Of a stretch of 64,000 nucleotides of DNA, positions 25,460-38,713 are shown one piece after another; position 1 is the stretch's first letter; each line of letters opens with the position of its first letter. The stretch lies in contig BDGG01000001.1 of the NCBI GenBank assembly GCA_001949185.1, forward strand, positions 2,621,324-2,685,323, in the 5' to 3' direction. Source of the stretch: Ramazzottius varieornatus. Its lineage: Eukaryota > Animalia > Tardigrada. Under the pieces are notes generated by a model. The model saw nothing but the letters and a program-made list of their open reading frames with translations. It did no database searches and was not told the origin of the DNA. Position numbers and translations under genes: made by a program.

Positions 25460-28255
25460 CGAGGTAAACGACATAATTCGGCCGTACCCGTTTTTGGGAC
25501 ATAATTCGGAAGGCTGTTTTTTTCAGTAACTTCTGGATGGATTTCCATCCTGTACGGTTTACGGATCAGAAAATATTTTTTCGTAAAGCTCTAAACGGTT
25601 CTGGAGAAGATCCGATGGTCAGGATAAAATACAGGTCTTCGAATAGAGAAGGGTCGCGCTAATGCTAAAGAGCCTGCGAAACTAAAATCAAGTAGGCCTC
25701 GAGAGGCGCTTATGTCGTCGCTTCCATGAGTATCCTACACGTCACTCAGCTTGCTTTCAAGATTTCGAGCGTTGGGGACGGTGTGAAACAACTGTGACGA
25801 ATTTCCGTTTGGTGACCGTGGTCTGACGCAATACCGCACTGCCAATTTTATAAAAGAGTGTTTTCTTTCACGTTTTCTTGAGTGCGTTATTCTCTCTCAA
25901 ACATGCTTAGCCTTAGCAAGCTGAAGACTGCTTCTCAAGTGCACAAGGAGCTGTCTATGGAGGCAGCTCTCCGTGAAGTGAAGAACGGGGAAAGTCTGAC
26001 CAGCGCTGCCAAAACGAATGACGTCTCCCGTACCACGTTAAGGAGTCGGATGGAAAAGCCAAATCCGTCTCGCGTCGGTGATCCAACCAAGTTTCTACCC
26101 TGGAAATAGGATCGTCTGGTCGCCTTTTTGATGTCTTGCTCAGATCAGGGAATCCTTTTGAATCGTTACCACTGTCTACAGCTGTTCTTCGAGGTGGCCT
26201 TTGGTCTGGTTACGTTGGGACAACCGATGGAAATACTCGGTATGGAATAATGTTACTTTGCTCATTTCAAGTTTTCATTTCAGGCCTAAAGAACACGTCT
26301 GTCAACGATAGGTATGTTCAACGTTTCTTGTCTCGTCACAGCGATCTATCTCTACGCATCACTCACTCTTCGAACAGGAAAAAGGACGGAGAATGGACTG
26401 TGGAACGCTGCGGAGAGTACATCTCCAAACTACAGGACTTACATGTTGGAGGATTCCTCGAGCGACCAGAGCAAGTGTGGTGGAACTTCGACGAGACGGT
26501 CTTCACTACCTCAGAAATGTACGATCGTGTCATTGCCAGAAAGCTTGCTAAGCAGATTTCCTCGCAATTCGACGGAACTGAGGAGAACGTGACTATCCTG
26601 CCATGCGGTAATGCTGCTGGAGTCCAGCTCAACTTTATGGCTTTGCATGCCGGAACGGTCCATGTACTGTCGCGCCTGGATGATACCTTCGGACTGTGCT
26701 ATCACGCAGTGAACGCTTCAGGTTACATCGACCAAGTGCACTTTGCAAACTACATCAAGACGGAACTTTTCCCTGCCGTCACGGAACTCAAGGTACGAGT
26801 AACTAGGCTATGACTTCAGCCTTGTTTCTTCGTTCAAGTGAGCAATGTTCTGCGTACTAGCAGTGTTTCTGGTATGTCACAATGTCTTCTCAAGAAATCC
26901 TCTTTTTAAGTCCGATTCTTTTAGCAGAACGTTGTTTTCGTCGATGGTCATTTCAAACACATGAACAACTTACCGCTGTTCCGTTACTGCAAAGAACTTT
27001 ACGAGAAAACTGCCAAGCAGGTGGAAATATTCTGCCTTCCGACAGGCCAGACAAATCATCTGCAGCTGTTTGATGTGTCTGTGTTCGGCGGGATCAAGAA
27101 AAAATGGCGCATGTACCTCCGTGATCGTCTGCTGGTAGAAAGGGGAATTGTAAGTTGGTGAAACTTATCCTAATCGATTTCCATTTCATTGCTCGGTTGT
27201 TAAACTCGTCCTGATCGCTTTCACGAATGGCGCACGCTTGCAGCTAAAATTGATGCTACGCTGCGCCACTTTGGAAACCTATATCGTCCTGTTTGTTTGC
27301 GGAGTGTCCGGTTTTTGTATGCACGGTTTCTCTAGAGTGATCAGGTTGTTACGTTTTATAGATTACCAAAGAAACCCTGCTGTGCCACATCGTGAAGCTC
27401 TGGTATCGAACCGAAGGCTGTCCTGAAAAGTACGCGTTTAACGGAGAACAGTGCCTGAAGTCAGGTTTCGCAAAGGTTGGTCTGTTTGCGTTCAATCCGT
27501 ACGTAATCAGGCGCATCACGATCCGGAAGTCATCAGTCGTGGAATCCACAGTGGACCAGAGCAGGACTTCAGTCCTTTTCGAGTTGCTGAAGGCGCATTA
27601 CGGCTTGATGACAGAGAAAGACCTCGCTGACGTAAAAGAGTTGGTCCTTCTGAAGCAGAAAGGTGTGACTCCCGGCGCGGTATTAGCCAACTCAATCCAG
27701 AAGAATCTGTTTGGGGAAGCTCCAAAGAAACAGCAACGCGAGAAAAATAGGCAGCTGTCGTTGTCCGCCGGTGCTCTGATTACTCATCCAAGCTTCGTAG
27801 AACAACTGGGAAAGGATGAAGCTGCAAAGAATGCCAAGAAAGTGGCAGCAGCAGCCAAACGTAAGGCTCCTCTTTCCCAACCAGCGAAACAGGCAAAGAA
27901 GACTTTAGTTAAAAAGCAACGAAAAGCTTAACAAACCTTATTATTCCTTAGCGGATTCCGCGAATTTCACCTCACTGTTCATTCTCCATCCATGGTACCA
28001 GAACATAGACGTTGTGCCAGTTTTTCACTTTCTTCTTGTGTGATTCTTTTATAATCAGATGTTGTGATCGCTTTCCGGAAAATTAGTTGTCGTGGGGGAA
28101 GAAGCTTTGCTCGATAGCCAGTGCGGTACCGCAAAACAGCGTTACCGCGAAACCGAAGTGTGGTACGCTCATGGGTGCGGTATTCGGCATAAAGTAAAGT
28201 GCCACATGCTGCCACCTTATACCGCAATACCGGCCGAATTATGTCGTTTACCTCG
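25460..28255 (+). mobile_element. pogo-type (IS630-Tc1-mariner/pogo, DDE_1) DNA transposon, full length but degenerate
   Basis: Perfect 25-bp TIRs CGAGGTAAACGACATAATTCGGCCG at 25460-25484 and 28231-28255, with TA on both sides. A subterminal GACATAATTCGG repeat and an internal transposase are present. Confidence 0.93.
25903..27931 (+). pseudogene. Spliced pogo-type transposase, inactivated
   Basis: HTH_psq-like SLTSAAKTNDVSRTTLRSR and catalytic WNFDET, VFVDGHFKH and LPTGQTNHLQLFDVSVFG. There is an in-frame TAG at 26107-26109 and an apparently mutated first donor near 26210. Further introns lie at about 26792-26927 and 27149-27361. Confidence 0.85.
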
Positions 28256-28393
28256 TAACTTGGGGGACATGTGCCAATTGCACGGCCGCCTCGGCCTGTC
28301 AGATGTATCCACTACGTCATGCGTCGCGATTAGTTGTGCACTTTGGTCAGCCTTAGTCAGTGACGTCACGCTGCAATCTTGGTACATTCGATA

Positions 28394-28851
28394 CAGGGAT
28401 GAGCGGTTATGAAAAACGGTTCTGTCCGCTTCGCTACCACTCTGATGACGCTGTAGCACTTCGCTATGCCCCGCTATGAGATCTAAGAGATCGCTATCAG
28501 CTTCGTTACCGCTATAGTAAATTTCCCCGTGCAAGAAAAAGCATCGATTTTCTGCCGTTTTCTAATCAACAGAACTGACTTGCTAGATGACGATTTATTG
28601 ATTTTATTCTCAAAGAAACATCAAATACGTTAAAAAGTTTGCTAAAGTCGAATTTTACGTGACAAATTTCGATAACGGACCCAGTCTTTTACCAGTTTTG
28701 GCTAAAACTCCGCAATTCTCTCTATAGCTTACTATCGCTTCTCTCTGGATAGTTTTGAGTGTTCCCAGCCCGCTATAGTTTCGCTATATAGCGTAGCGAA
28801 GCGGAAAACTGGGCTAGAAACGCTGCGCCGTTCCAAAACTGCTCATCCCTG
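28394..28851. mobile_element. Non-autonomous hAT element (MITE), 458 bp
   Basis: TIRs CAGGGATGAGC...GCTCATCCCTG (Ac-like start) and a perfect 8-bp TSD ATTCGATA at 28386-28393 and 28852-28859. Subterminal TCGCTA-type repeats. Confidence 0.92.
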
Positions 28852-29127
28852 ATTCGATACGAGCAGTGGACGGGTGATTTATTCAGTAGATTATCCAAAA
28901 CACGGAATGGCTTCGCAACCTCAAGCGCAGCCCAACTTTGGAACGGCACTCAGTCGATCAAAATTTTTCATATGGAAAATACCGTTCCGAATGTCGTTCG
29001 AACACTAGGTCTCTTGTTCATTAGAGGAAAATTACGCGCACTGATGATAAGATTACCCGGTGTACCGGTACTACCGGTCCTGGACGGGTCGTAGGCGGCA
29101 GTTCCGTGATGTTCGAAATCATCCGTC

Positions 29128-29872
29128 CACCGATGTTGGCATATATGAATATAGTATATTAATTTGGAACTTGTTAGATCCGTTTTGGATCTAATATATT
29201 ATATTAACATTTATTAGATGCCTCGACCGAGGCAGGATATTTATTAGTATTACATTAGATGGAAGCTTGACCTGAATATATTGTATTAAAATCAACTCGC
29301 TGGTCGCTCTATATTCAAATTATTAATTAGCGATTTCGGATTCGGCTTTAGTTGATTGAAATAAGGCTTGATTTGCACCAAGCGAAAGCGTGCGACTTTG
29401 CACAGTTTGCTGTTGGGTTGGATCATAACGCATCACGCACCTGCACATCAACGTATATTGATCAGCGTTCAGGGCGATACATTGATTGTCAGCTTTGTTT
29501 GATTGGATAGTGCAGGTTCATGAGTCCGGCGATCCGCCTGCATAGGCTGTCTGCTTTCCAGGTTCTGTTTTGCGCTTTCGAACGTTCTGAGTGTCGTTTC
29601 TCTAGAAAACTGCAGGATAGTATGAGGATACCAGCATGGCTGGAAAAGAAGGAAGTTCCCCCACCGTCAAGCAGAAGAGACAGCAGCCGACAAAGACCGC
29701 TGTGGTTATAATACTGTAATATATTATAATGAGCACCCGACGAAACAAGTTGATTTATTAACATCATATTAGATGCTCCGAGGTCGCGGCATATTATGTT
29801 AAGGACTCTGGCAGCTCGCCTTTATTAAATCAAAATTATATTAGATCGGGATATCTTATGCTAACATCACTA
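29128..29872. mobile_element. Possible degenerate non-autonomous DNA element, AT-rich
   Basis: Imperfect inverted ends GATGTTGGCATA and TATGCTAACATC, with repeated ATATTAGATG/C motifs near both ends. No convincing TSD. Confidence 0.35.
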
Positions 29873-30062
29873 CACCGCCGTTCGATACTTACAAGCCGCG
29901 GCGGCTGCCGGAGGCCCGGAGTTTGCAACAACTCCGGCAGTATAGATCAGGACCGTCCGGATGGGTACAGAGTCCAGATTTTCGCATAAGTACAAAATGC
30001 GATCAACCGCTTCTGTAAGGAGAAAATAGCGCTGTTTTGCACTGTCGCTATTTGAGCCGGGA

Positions 30063-33000
30063 ATGGAGCAAGCGGAAACGATGGATAAGATGCTATGGGA
30101 AAGCAAGGAGCTGAATACGTTCGGCTATCTCTCAGACGCACTATGGAACGAAGAAGCTGGGCAGCGTATGCCGTATCTGCGGGAAGGTAAGGTACCCAAC
30201 GGCGCGCTGTTCGATTACTCGCACGATGAAAAAGGCTCGCTGGATGGACGTCGACTGGCCCTGGCCAGAGCCGAGCTGGAAATTCAACCGGAAGTCCTAC
30301 TGAAAGACTTGCTCACCCTTCCAGACCTACAACAGTTCACTCCCCTACAACCTGATCTAGAACCTTTGGAGACCGAATGGAAACTAGCGCCGCTGGATTT
30401 CGAACTTGTACTGGATCGAGATCCGTTCAGGAACAGCTCGGGAGGATGGCGCGAGGTAAATGGGATGTAGGTTTCCTAAGTCGCGCACGCCTTCGCCAAC
30501 AACACTGACACTTTGCGCCACTTGAAAAAACACTCCAACTCGACAAGATTGCTTCCCAACGTTTTCAGTCGGCAACACCGAGAACGTTCGCCACTTGGAG
30601 AATAATCTTGTCATGTTTGTTTCCCGAGCTCATGAACCTTTCCTGTCTCATGCCAGACGATTGGAATATTGCCTTATAATGTAAATTGAAATTGAAGCAG
30701 TTGATAGGTTGATACGAGTGGGTTCGAGATGGATGCTCACTCTTCTGGATCGCTCAGTCGACAGCCTACCGGATTGAATGCCAACTTTGTACGAGGAAGC
30801 ATCACGCAGATGCCCTTCACTCCCAGCGGCATGGAAGATACCGTGGAGGACAAGCTCAAGTTTCTAAATCTGACCCCAAAGGAGATCGAGGAAGGTTAGT
30901 GAAGAATCGGAAGCCGTTTTTCTTAAGTTCGAAAGGAATGCAGGCGCAGCATCACAGTGCCTTTTTTGAATTCGGTTTTTGAACTCACTTCCGGCGGCGC
31001 AGAACGTCATGAACGTGTGAAGTACCACATGGTGATGTAGGATTTATAAAATGGTGCTTCGATGTCGCGGTCTCGCGGGCCACCCATAGAGAAAACTCCA
31101 TGTTGATGATGTCCCGACATGTTTTTCCTATTACGACTTGAATTGTGCTCTTGCAGGTCGGGAATGGGTTCGACAAGCTGACAAGCTTCCCGCTCTTCCT
31201 CCAGACTTCGTCAACACTCAGAACGAGGATCTCAAGGCCGTCATGACCTCGAAGCCGGTCCAGGTAACCGAATTCTCATTCGAAGGAACGGTGAACGGTA
31301 TTGCCGATATACTGGACGAAAGAGAAATGGGTCTTGTCAAGAAGCTCCGCGGACTGTCTGCTAGCTCACCAAGTGCCAAACCAGTACGGCGGAACATCCA
31401 GGCCGACAACCTACGCTTGCTGGAGATGTCCGGCTACGGAGACATCTACAGAGAACTAAAACCCGAACAGTTCTTCGAAAGTGGCGCGGATGGAAACAAT
31501 GTGCTGAAAATCAGCAGTCAGAGCGGTAAGCGTCGAACCGGCTCCTTACTTTGCAAACATTTCCGATGTACTGAAGGTCGTTCTAGACGCAACAAGCTCG
31601 AAAGAATGGGCCGTCAAAGTGGATGTCACAGTACCGGCGCACGACTTCAAGGACCGTGTGCCGAATATGGCTCATAAGTATCCATTCGAGCTGGACACAT
31701 TCCAGAAACGAGCCGTCCTTCATCTCGAAAACGTGGGTAATGTTGGAAGCTTGGCAAACAAACTCTACAATAGTGGTTTTCCTAGTGGCGTGCGACTGCA
31801 TTGTAATGGCTGGAAGCATGCGCCACTTGAGGATCTCGCCAAGTTTGCTTGGTTTTCCAAGTAGCGCACATTACCAGTGTTATTGGCTGAAATATTGCGC
31901 GACTTGTAGAAACGTTCAGTTCGAATTCGGTTGCGGAGTTCCAATTTCAACTTTTTCTTCATTTCTCGAAACATTTCTTGTGCACATTCATTCTCGAGAC
32001 TTTACTCTCGTCTTTTTGTCTCCAGCACGAAAGCGTCTTCGTCGCGGCGCACACTTCCGCCGGCAAGACCGTGGTAGCAGAGTACGCCATCGCGCTCTCT
32101 CTTCGAGCCAAGTCCCGCTGTGTCTATACTTCGCCTATCAAGGCTCTGTCCAACCAGAAATACCGCGACTTCAAGCGCACTTTTGAAGATGTAGGGCTTC
32201 TGACAGGCGATGTCCAGATCGAGCCGAGCGCCCACTGTCTGGTCATGACCACAGAGATTCTCCGATCCATGCTTTACCGCGGGTCCGAGATCGTACGGGA
32301 CCTGGACTGGGTCGTCTTCGATGAAGTCCACTACATCAACGACTCGGAACGCGGGGTGGTGTGGGAAGAGATCCTGATCATGCTGCCTAGTCAGGTGGGG
32401 ATAGTGATGCTGAGTGCCACGGTACCCAACGCTGTGGACTTCGCCAACTGGATCGGGTAATAATCAAATTTCGTTTGTGATGCGCATCGCTATTCAAATT
32501 TATTAAAAATAGAGAAAAATATTGCGAAGAAAATGGCAAGAGGAATCGGCGCTATTTACAGCTTCTTACGTACCTCCGGTTCGTACTAGTTGTATGGATT
32601 TACTATATGCAGGTTCGTGATCAAGTTATAATATTCATGTTTTTCCCCCTCATTTTTCAGGCGGATAAAACAGCGAAAGATTTTCGTGATAAGTACTCCG
32701 AAGCGACCCGTCCCTTTGGAGCATCATCTGTACGTTTGCGTGGGAAGCAAAATGATTGATAAGGATTTAATCATCGGCAAGTCAGAAATATTTTTCTAGA
32801 AGTATAGTATTTGTGATGTTTTTGGTGAAGTTATTGTCGGTTTTTTTAGTGAATACAAAAGGAGAGCTTCAAGCAGTCAACCACGCCACCGCAGTAGCCA
32901 TCCAGAAAGACTTTGAGAAGAAGAACAACATACGGAACATGTCGAACAACGCCCGACTTCCGCCCAAGCAGGACAAGACGGTTTGGCTGGCCTTCATGGA

Positions 33001-36000
33001 CTATGTCCAACACAAGGAGCTCATGCCAGTCATCGCCTTTGTCTTCTCGAGGAACCGGTGTGACGAGCTGGGAGACATGGTGTCCTCGCTGGATCTCACT
33101 ACGCAAAAAGAAAAGTAAGCTTCGAGTCTCTCTTGACGTATTTGAGTTGGCATCAGAGTCCCCCGTCCGGTTTCACAAACGTTGACTATGATGAGTTAGA
33201 AGCCTAGAGTCCCCCTAGTTTTTCTGATTGAGCAATTCTCTTCGTAGGCATCTGATCAACTCGTTCTTCTGGAGGGCGGTGTCCAGGTTGAACGAAAGCG
33301 ACCGCGACCTACCGCAAATCAAACGGTTAGAGTACTACCTGGAACGCGGAGTGGGCATTCATCACAGTGGAATTCTGCCAATCCTGAAAGAGGCTGTCGA
33401 GATGTTGTTCCAGGAAGGCGTCGTGAAGGTATTTAAACATTCAGATTTTACGTGAATGTTTTCTTCGATTTTATTCGGCGTTCAAGATGACACTTAATTA
33501 TCATAGATTTTGTTCGCGACGGAGACCTTTGCGATGGGCGTAAATATGCCAGCAAGAACGGTCGTCTTTGACAGCATAAACAAACATGATGGGCTTGAGT
33601 TTCGCGACCTGAGACCCGGAGAATACATCCAGATGTCCGGTCGAGCCGGTCGTCGAGGACTGGACAAGACCGGTAACGTCATCATTCTTTGGTACGTCTA
33701 TATTTGCCCTTATTTGGGTATAAAGACTTGGGCCAAGCGAACTCGATAACATCGTTTTCCGAACTGGCGCACGCATTCGGCCACTCTATGGCGAACGTGC
33801 GCGACTTAGGAAATAAACAAACTCGAAAATTTTGTCGAATTTGTTTTTCGAGCTTCCATCTATCGTGTTAAGATCGAATCGTTTTCATCTCAGATTCTTG
33901 TTCGTTGTAGTAAGATGGCGAGAATCCCTGATATTAGCAAGCTACAGCAGATGATTTTGGGCGTGCCGATGAAGCTCGAGTCGCAGTTCCGGCTGACCTA
34001 CGGGATGATCCTACAGTTACTTCGCATCGGCACCATCTCCATCACGGACATGATGAAGCGAAGCTTCTCGGAATACGCCAACATCAGTAAAGCTCCACAG
34101 CACCAGGAAGCGCTGGATAAATTGACGAAGTCAAAGAGTATTCAGAACCCCGATGAAGAAATCGACTGCGGCATTTGCCAACAAGACATCGAAGCGTATT
34201 TCGCGTAAGTAATTCGTTTTCATTTCTTCTGTTCCTGTTTATTCTGACTACCATGTCGGAGTTTCTCCTGGTAATAATTAAAACACGGTAACAAAATTTA
34301 GAAATGGATCGATGAATAAACTCGGCAAGAATGTTTTCATAAGCGGCGCACGCTGTAAGTGTGACTTACTGAAAGGCCTGCACCACTTGGAGAACGATTC
34401 TGTCGAGTTTGTTAGATTTTCTCAAGTGCGGGATGATAGTGTGCGCCATTTGGAATATCGGTCATTGCGAAATGTCTACCGAGCTCTCAGATAAATTTTT
34501 TGTTGGTTTCAGGGCGTTTCAAGCATGCAAGAAAATAAGGGCGGAAGTCAACTCGCAAGTCTTCTCTTTGGACAGCAAGCTGCTCTTTCCGGGTCGGTTG
34601 GTGACGCGCAGATGTATCGACGCACCAGTTCGATGGGGAGTGATCGTCGGATGCCCGCCGAGACAGCCTAATGAAGAGCGAATGCTGGATATCATGGAGT
34701 TTGTCTCTCTGGACGATCCAGACAACGCCGTTCTAACACGTGTCGGAGCACGAGAAATTCATAATGCCGTCAACGCTATCATCAAGGCTGACGCAAATGC
34801 CATTAGGTCTTTGGCGGAAGCGGCGAGCACCAACAACAAGTCTGCCATGTAGGGGGAAAATAGATAGCCAGTTCCCAACATGGTTAATTCGGAATAATCG
34901 AATAATATAATCGAAAGGAAACTAGGAAAGCAACGAAGGTCGACAAGGTGGCTCTTCCAGGTGGCGCACATTTTCGGCCAGTGAGATTCGGGAAGCGCGC
35001 CACTTGAGAAAGCAATCCGGCCGAGTTTGTTTGCCAAGTTTCCGTATTTTGGTAACTTTGTTTTTCTGCAGAAAACAGTACAAAGAGTTGAAAGAGAAGA
35101 CAGCAGCACAGGTCGCTGCTGCTACCAAAAGCCGAGTGGATGTCTTAACACCGATGAAGGACTTCAAGATGACGGACGTGGACCTCGTGGATCAATGGGA
35201 TAGCTTGGTGGCGATGGAAGCCAGCCTCAAGTCTTTCGGCTGTATCCGGTGCCCACAATTTTACGACCACGTAAGGATCAGTTTTTCTGTTCAGAAATCG
35301 AGTGACATATTTTTGAGAGTTTTCTGTAAATTTTCCATCCATATACTGTACTGCTTCATGAACTTCGCGACTGGCGTCACGGTGACCATATGCTGTATGC
35401 GTCATCATACCTGTAAACTTCACACTTACTGTGACGTCAGTTCGCCAAGTTCATGAAGCATTACAGTATAAGAATAAAAACGAACCTTTTTACTACTGAG
35501 TATTTTCGAAAATCATTCAGAAAAATTGCGACTGGTGAATATTTCTTTCTGATCCTTTTAGATGAAAGTGTTCAACGAGAAAATGAAGCACATGGAAGAA
35601 ATCGCCCGCCTGCGACACCTGCTGTCTAACGAGAGCCTACAGTTCCTGCCAGAGTACCGCGAGCGAGTGGGGGTCCTGAAGGAGATGCGGTATGTTGATC
35701 AGAACAACACGGTGACACTCCGCGGTCGTGTGGCCTGTGAAGTCTCCACGTCAGAGTACGACCTGCTGGTCGCTGAATGCATGTTCGCCAACGTCTTCAC
35801 CGAACGTGAACCAGCCGAGATCGCTGCTCTCTTGTCTGGGCTGGTTTTCCAGGGCAAACCGAAAGATGAACTGATTGTTTCTCCTTTACTACAAGAAGGT
35901 ATGAAACAGTCCTCAAACATGCGTTTTGTTTAAATCTTTCGAAAAATGGGAACTTCGTACACGTAGGCAAACAAACTCGATAATTGATATACTTGTTTTC

Positions 36001-36555
36001 ACGTGGCGCATGCTTTCAGCCAATGCCACTGATAAATGCGTCACTTGGGCAGGCACAGACTCGATATTACTGTTTTCCCTAGCGACGCACTCTTCAAGCT
36101 ATATGTGCTGCAAAGGGGTGCCACTTCGGACAACAATCTTGTCGAATTTGCGTGTCGAGCTCTTACCTGAAGGCAATAGAAGATGAAAACTGATAAAATT
36201 ATGGTGTGTAGGTATTGAATTGATGAGGTCAATAGCGACCATGATTGGCATCAAGCAGCGCGAGGCGGGGATGAAGCAAGCGACGAGCCAGATGGCGGAC
36301 CAGCTGAACTTTGGCCTGGCAGACGTGGTATACAACTGGTGCGGCGGTATGAAGTTTGTCGACATTACGAAAATGACCGATGTCCAAGAAGGTATCATCG
36401 TTAGGGCAATGACAAGACTGGATGAGGTCTGTAAGAACGTCAAGAACGCCGCAAAGATTTTTGGTAACACCCGTTTGGTGGATAAGATGGAAGCTGCGTC
36501 CAAGTCTTTGAAGAGAGATATTGCCTTTGTGGGAAGTTTGTACACTTGCGACTAG
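30063..36555 (+). CDS. SKIV2L: Superkiller complex DExH helicase SKI2 (multi-exon)
   Basis: Ski2_N-like SLSRQP...[16 protein letters not shown], then [79 protein letters not shown], and a DSHCT end [11 protein letters not shown]. Confidence 0.96.
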
Positions 36556-36923
36556 CTGAATTTTTATTCCTGAATTTGTTTTAACCATTTGATGTGTTTT
36601 TTGACTAAAATTTATTGTTATACGAAACTGATAATAAAAGTTGAAGTATATAAAAATTAAATCTTGGTTTTAAGATTTAATCTTGCGAGGAAAAATAGAG
36701 AATAAAAAATCGGTGAGATGCGATCATCACGGAGTAAAACTCTAAAGCAATCCGAAGTCAAATTACAGTGGAAACCTGAAATGGTAAAATTGCGCGACGA
36801 GAAGGAACAAATTCAAAGCCAACAAAATTACGTGGAAAATATTTCAGTGTCACATTGAGCAACACAGAAGCTAATACTGCTAGATCACGAGAGTTTCCTG
36901 AGAGAATCCGGGCTACAGTTGGT

Positions 36924-38140
36924 CTACACTTCCATGCCTTCGTCCGTGTGTTTTCCTTTCCGGTTGAGAATTTTCTCCTGGATCAACACGGGCTCTTTAG
37001 TCTTCGTGTGCCACACCAGCACCTGCGTACAGTTCTTGGCCTTCGGTTCCATATCCTCCTTCTTCAAGCCCAAACCCTTCAAGAAGTACGTCTCTTGATA
37101 TCCAGGTGGCTGATCGAAGTCGAACTTGGCTTCCGGATGGTCCATCAGCAACTTCACTGACACTGCGAAGCCAGCCATGTCGACCGCAAATTCTCTTTCC
37201 GGTTTGATCGCGACATCCCAACCGACGATTTTGCCGTCTTTGAGTAGAGGCTTCTCCACCATGACTTCACCTACATAGACCACGTGAAATAAAATACAGT
37301 ACTGTACGAAAAGGGAGCCTGAGTTGAGAATTGATTTTACGCGCTAGGCTGGCTGCGTGCTCGGCAAACATACTCGGCAAGATTGTTTCCCCAAGTGATG
37401 CACTTTTTCGGTGTTATTGACTGAATGTGTGCGCCACTTAGGACAACAATCTCAGTTTTGCCTATTTTGTACGAGAACTCCAGTCACGTTCGTGCCGAGC
37501 ACGGCCTTGTTAGCGTTTTCGTAGAAGAAAAGCAGAATTAACTCGATTGTCTTTGAGCAGAGGCTTCTCCATGATCTACCTACCTACCTACAAATGCCAC
37601 CGGCCACACCCCGACTCTCTTGATAATGCGTATTTCATCGAAGAGTTCCAGGTCGTAGCCATTATCGTCATCTGCGAAATACAGGAAGCCATCGAGGTTA
37701 TTACTGGATTGCAATTCCTCCCGCAGCCATCGTAGCCCTTCGTTCCGCTGGAGAACGCCTCGCGGTTTAGCCCATGGCTTCTCGTGGGGCTGACGCTTCA
37801 TGTGGCCAGGTGTAGGGATGTGCAGGTGCGTGTAGGGAAGACCGGTCCTGGAAAGAAGATTAGCCACGAGGGTAGTCTTGTGATCGGAATCTTCAACGAC
37901 GATCCAGTGGATGCCTTGGGCTAGCTGGAATGCGTGGGAGAGACGGGTGGTCAGGTCTACTTTCTGGCTGGGACGGGTGTACGTTGGTGTGACGATGTAG
38001 ATGAGGGCTATCCGAGAAGCGTGCCTGACGGTCGAGGCGCCATACAGGAGGATCCAGAGGAAGATGACGGCGGAAGTGAGGCTGACCACTTGCGCCATGC
38101 GTCGCTTGCGTCTCAAGCCCACCATCTCTTCGTCGTGCAT
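36924..38140 (-). CDS. Galactosylgalactosylxylosylprotein 3-beta-glucuronosyltransferase (GT43, B3GAT/GlcAT family); exons 37588-38140 and 36924-37270
   Basis: Type II TM anchor, IYIVTPTY, HWIVVED, RGVLQRN, YFADDDN, VGVWPVAFVG|EVMVEKP, FAVDMAGFAV, GYQET, CTQVLVWHTKT. Confidence 0.95.
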
Positions 38141-38713
38141 GGCTCAGCTACGGCGACCAATAACCGCTATCTGGCAACACCCCTCCAACCTGTGAAACAT
38201 AAAGCTCCATGAGAGGAGACCTCGCGCCGACGGGAGAAGCACAAGAAACAACTCCGATAAGGAACTCCACATCCGCTGAAGAATCAAGAATGTGACATAA
38301 GGATGTTCTGATACGACATGACAGAACATCCTTCCGTTGAAGCATCCATTGGCATTGACATTTAGTATTAAAATGACATGACATGACATGACATCCTTCG
38401 ATTCTCAAGGTGTAAAAACTGATCATTTCCGGTCCGTTGTTAGTCATGACTGTTGTGTTACATGGATTTATGGGCACAAAACTGTAAACTGTTTTCGCCT
38501 CGAGCATCTTGAAAGTTACCAATTATTTTCTTCGGAACTGCTGAGTGCCGCACAGCACGTAAAATCCATTTTGTTCTCTGACAGCTTCTTAGCGGAAACG
38601 ACTACTCTAGTGCTTTTGACGCCATCATGACCGAATATTCTGACCGTTTTTTCTCACCACAGTCGGTGACAACTCATCAAGGATTGCCGAAACATGGGCG
38701 TCTGTCTGTCACA

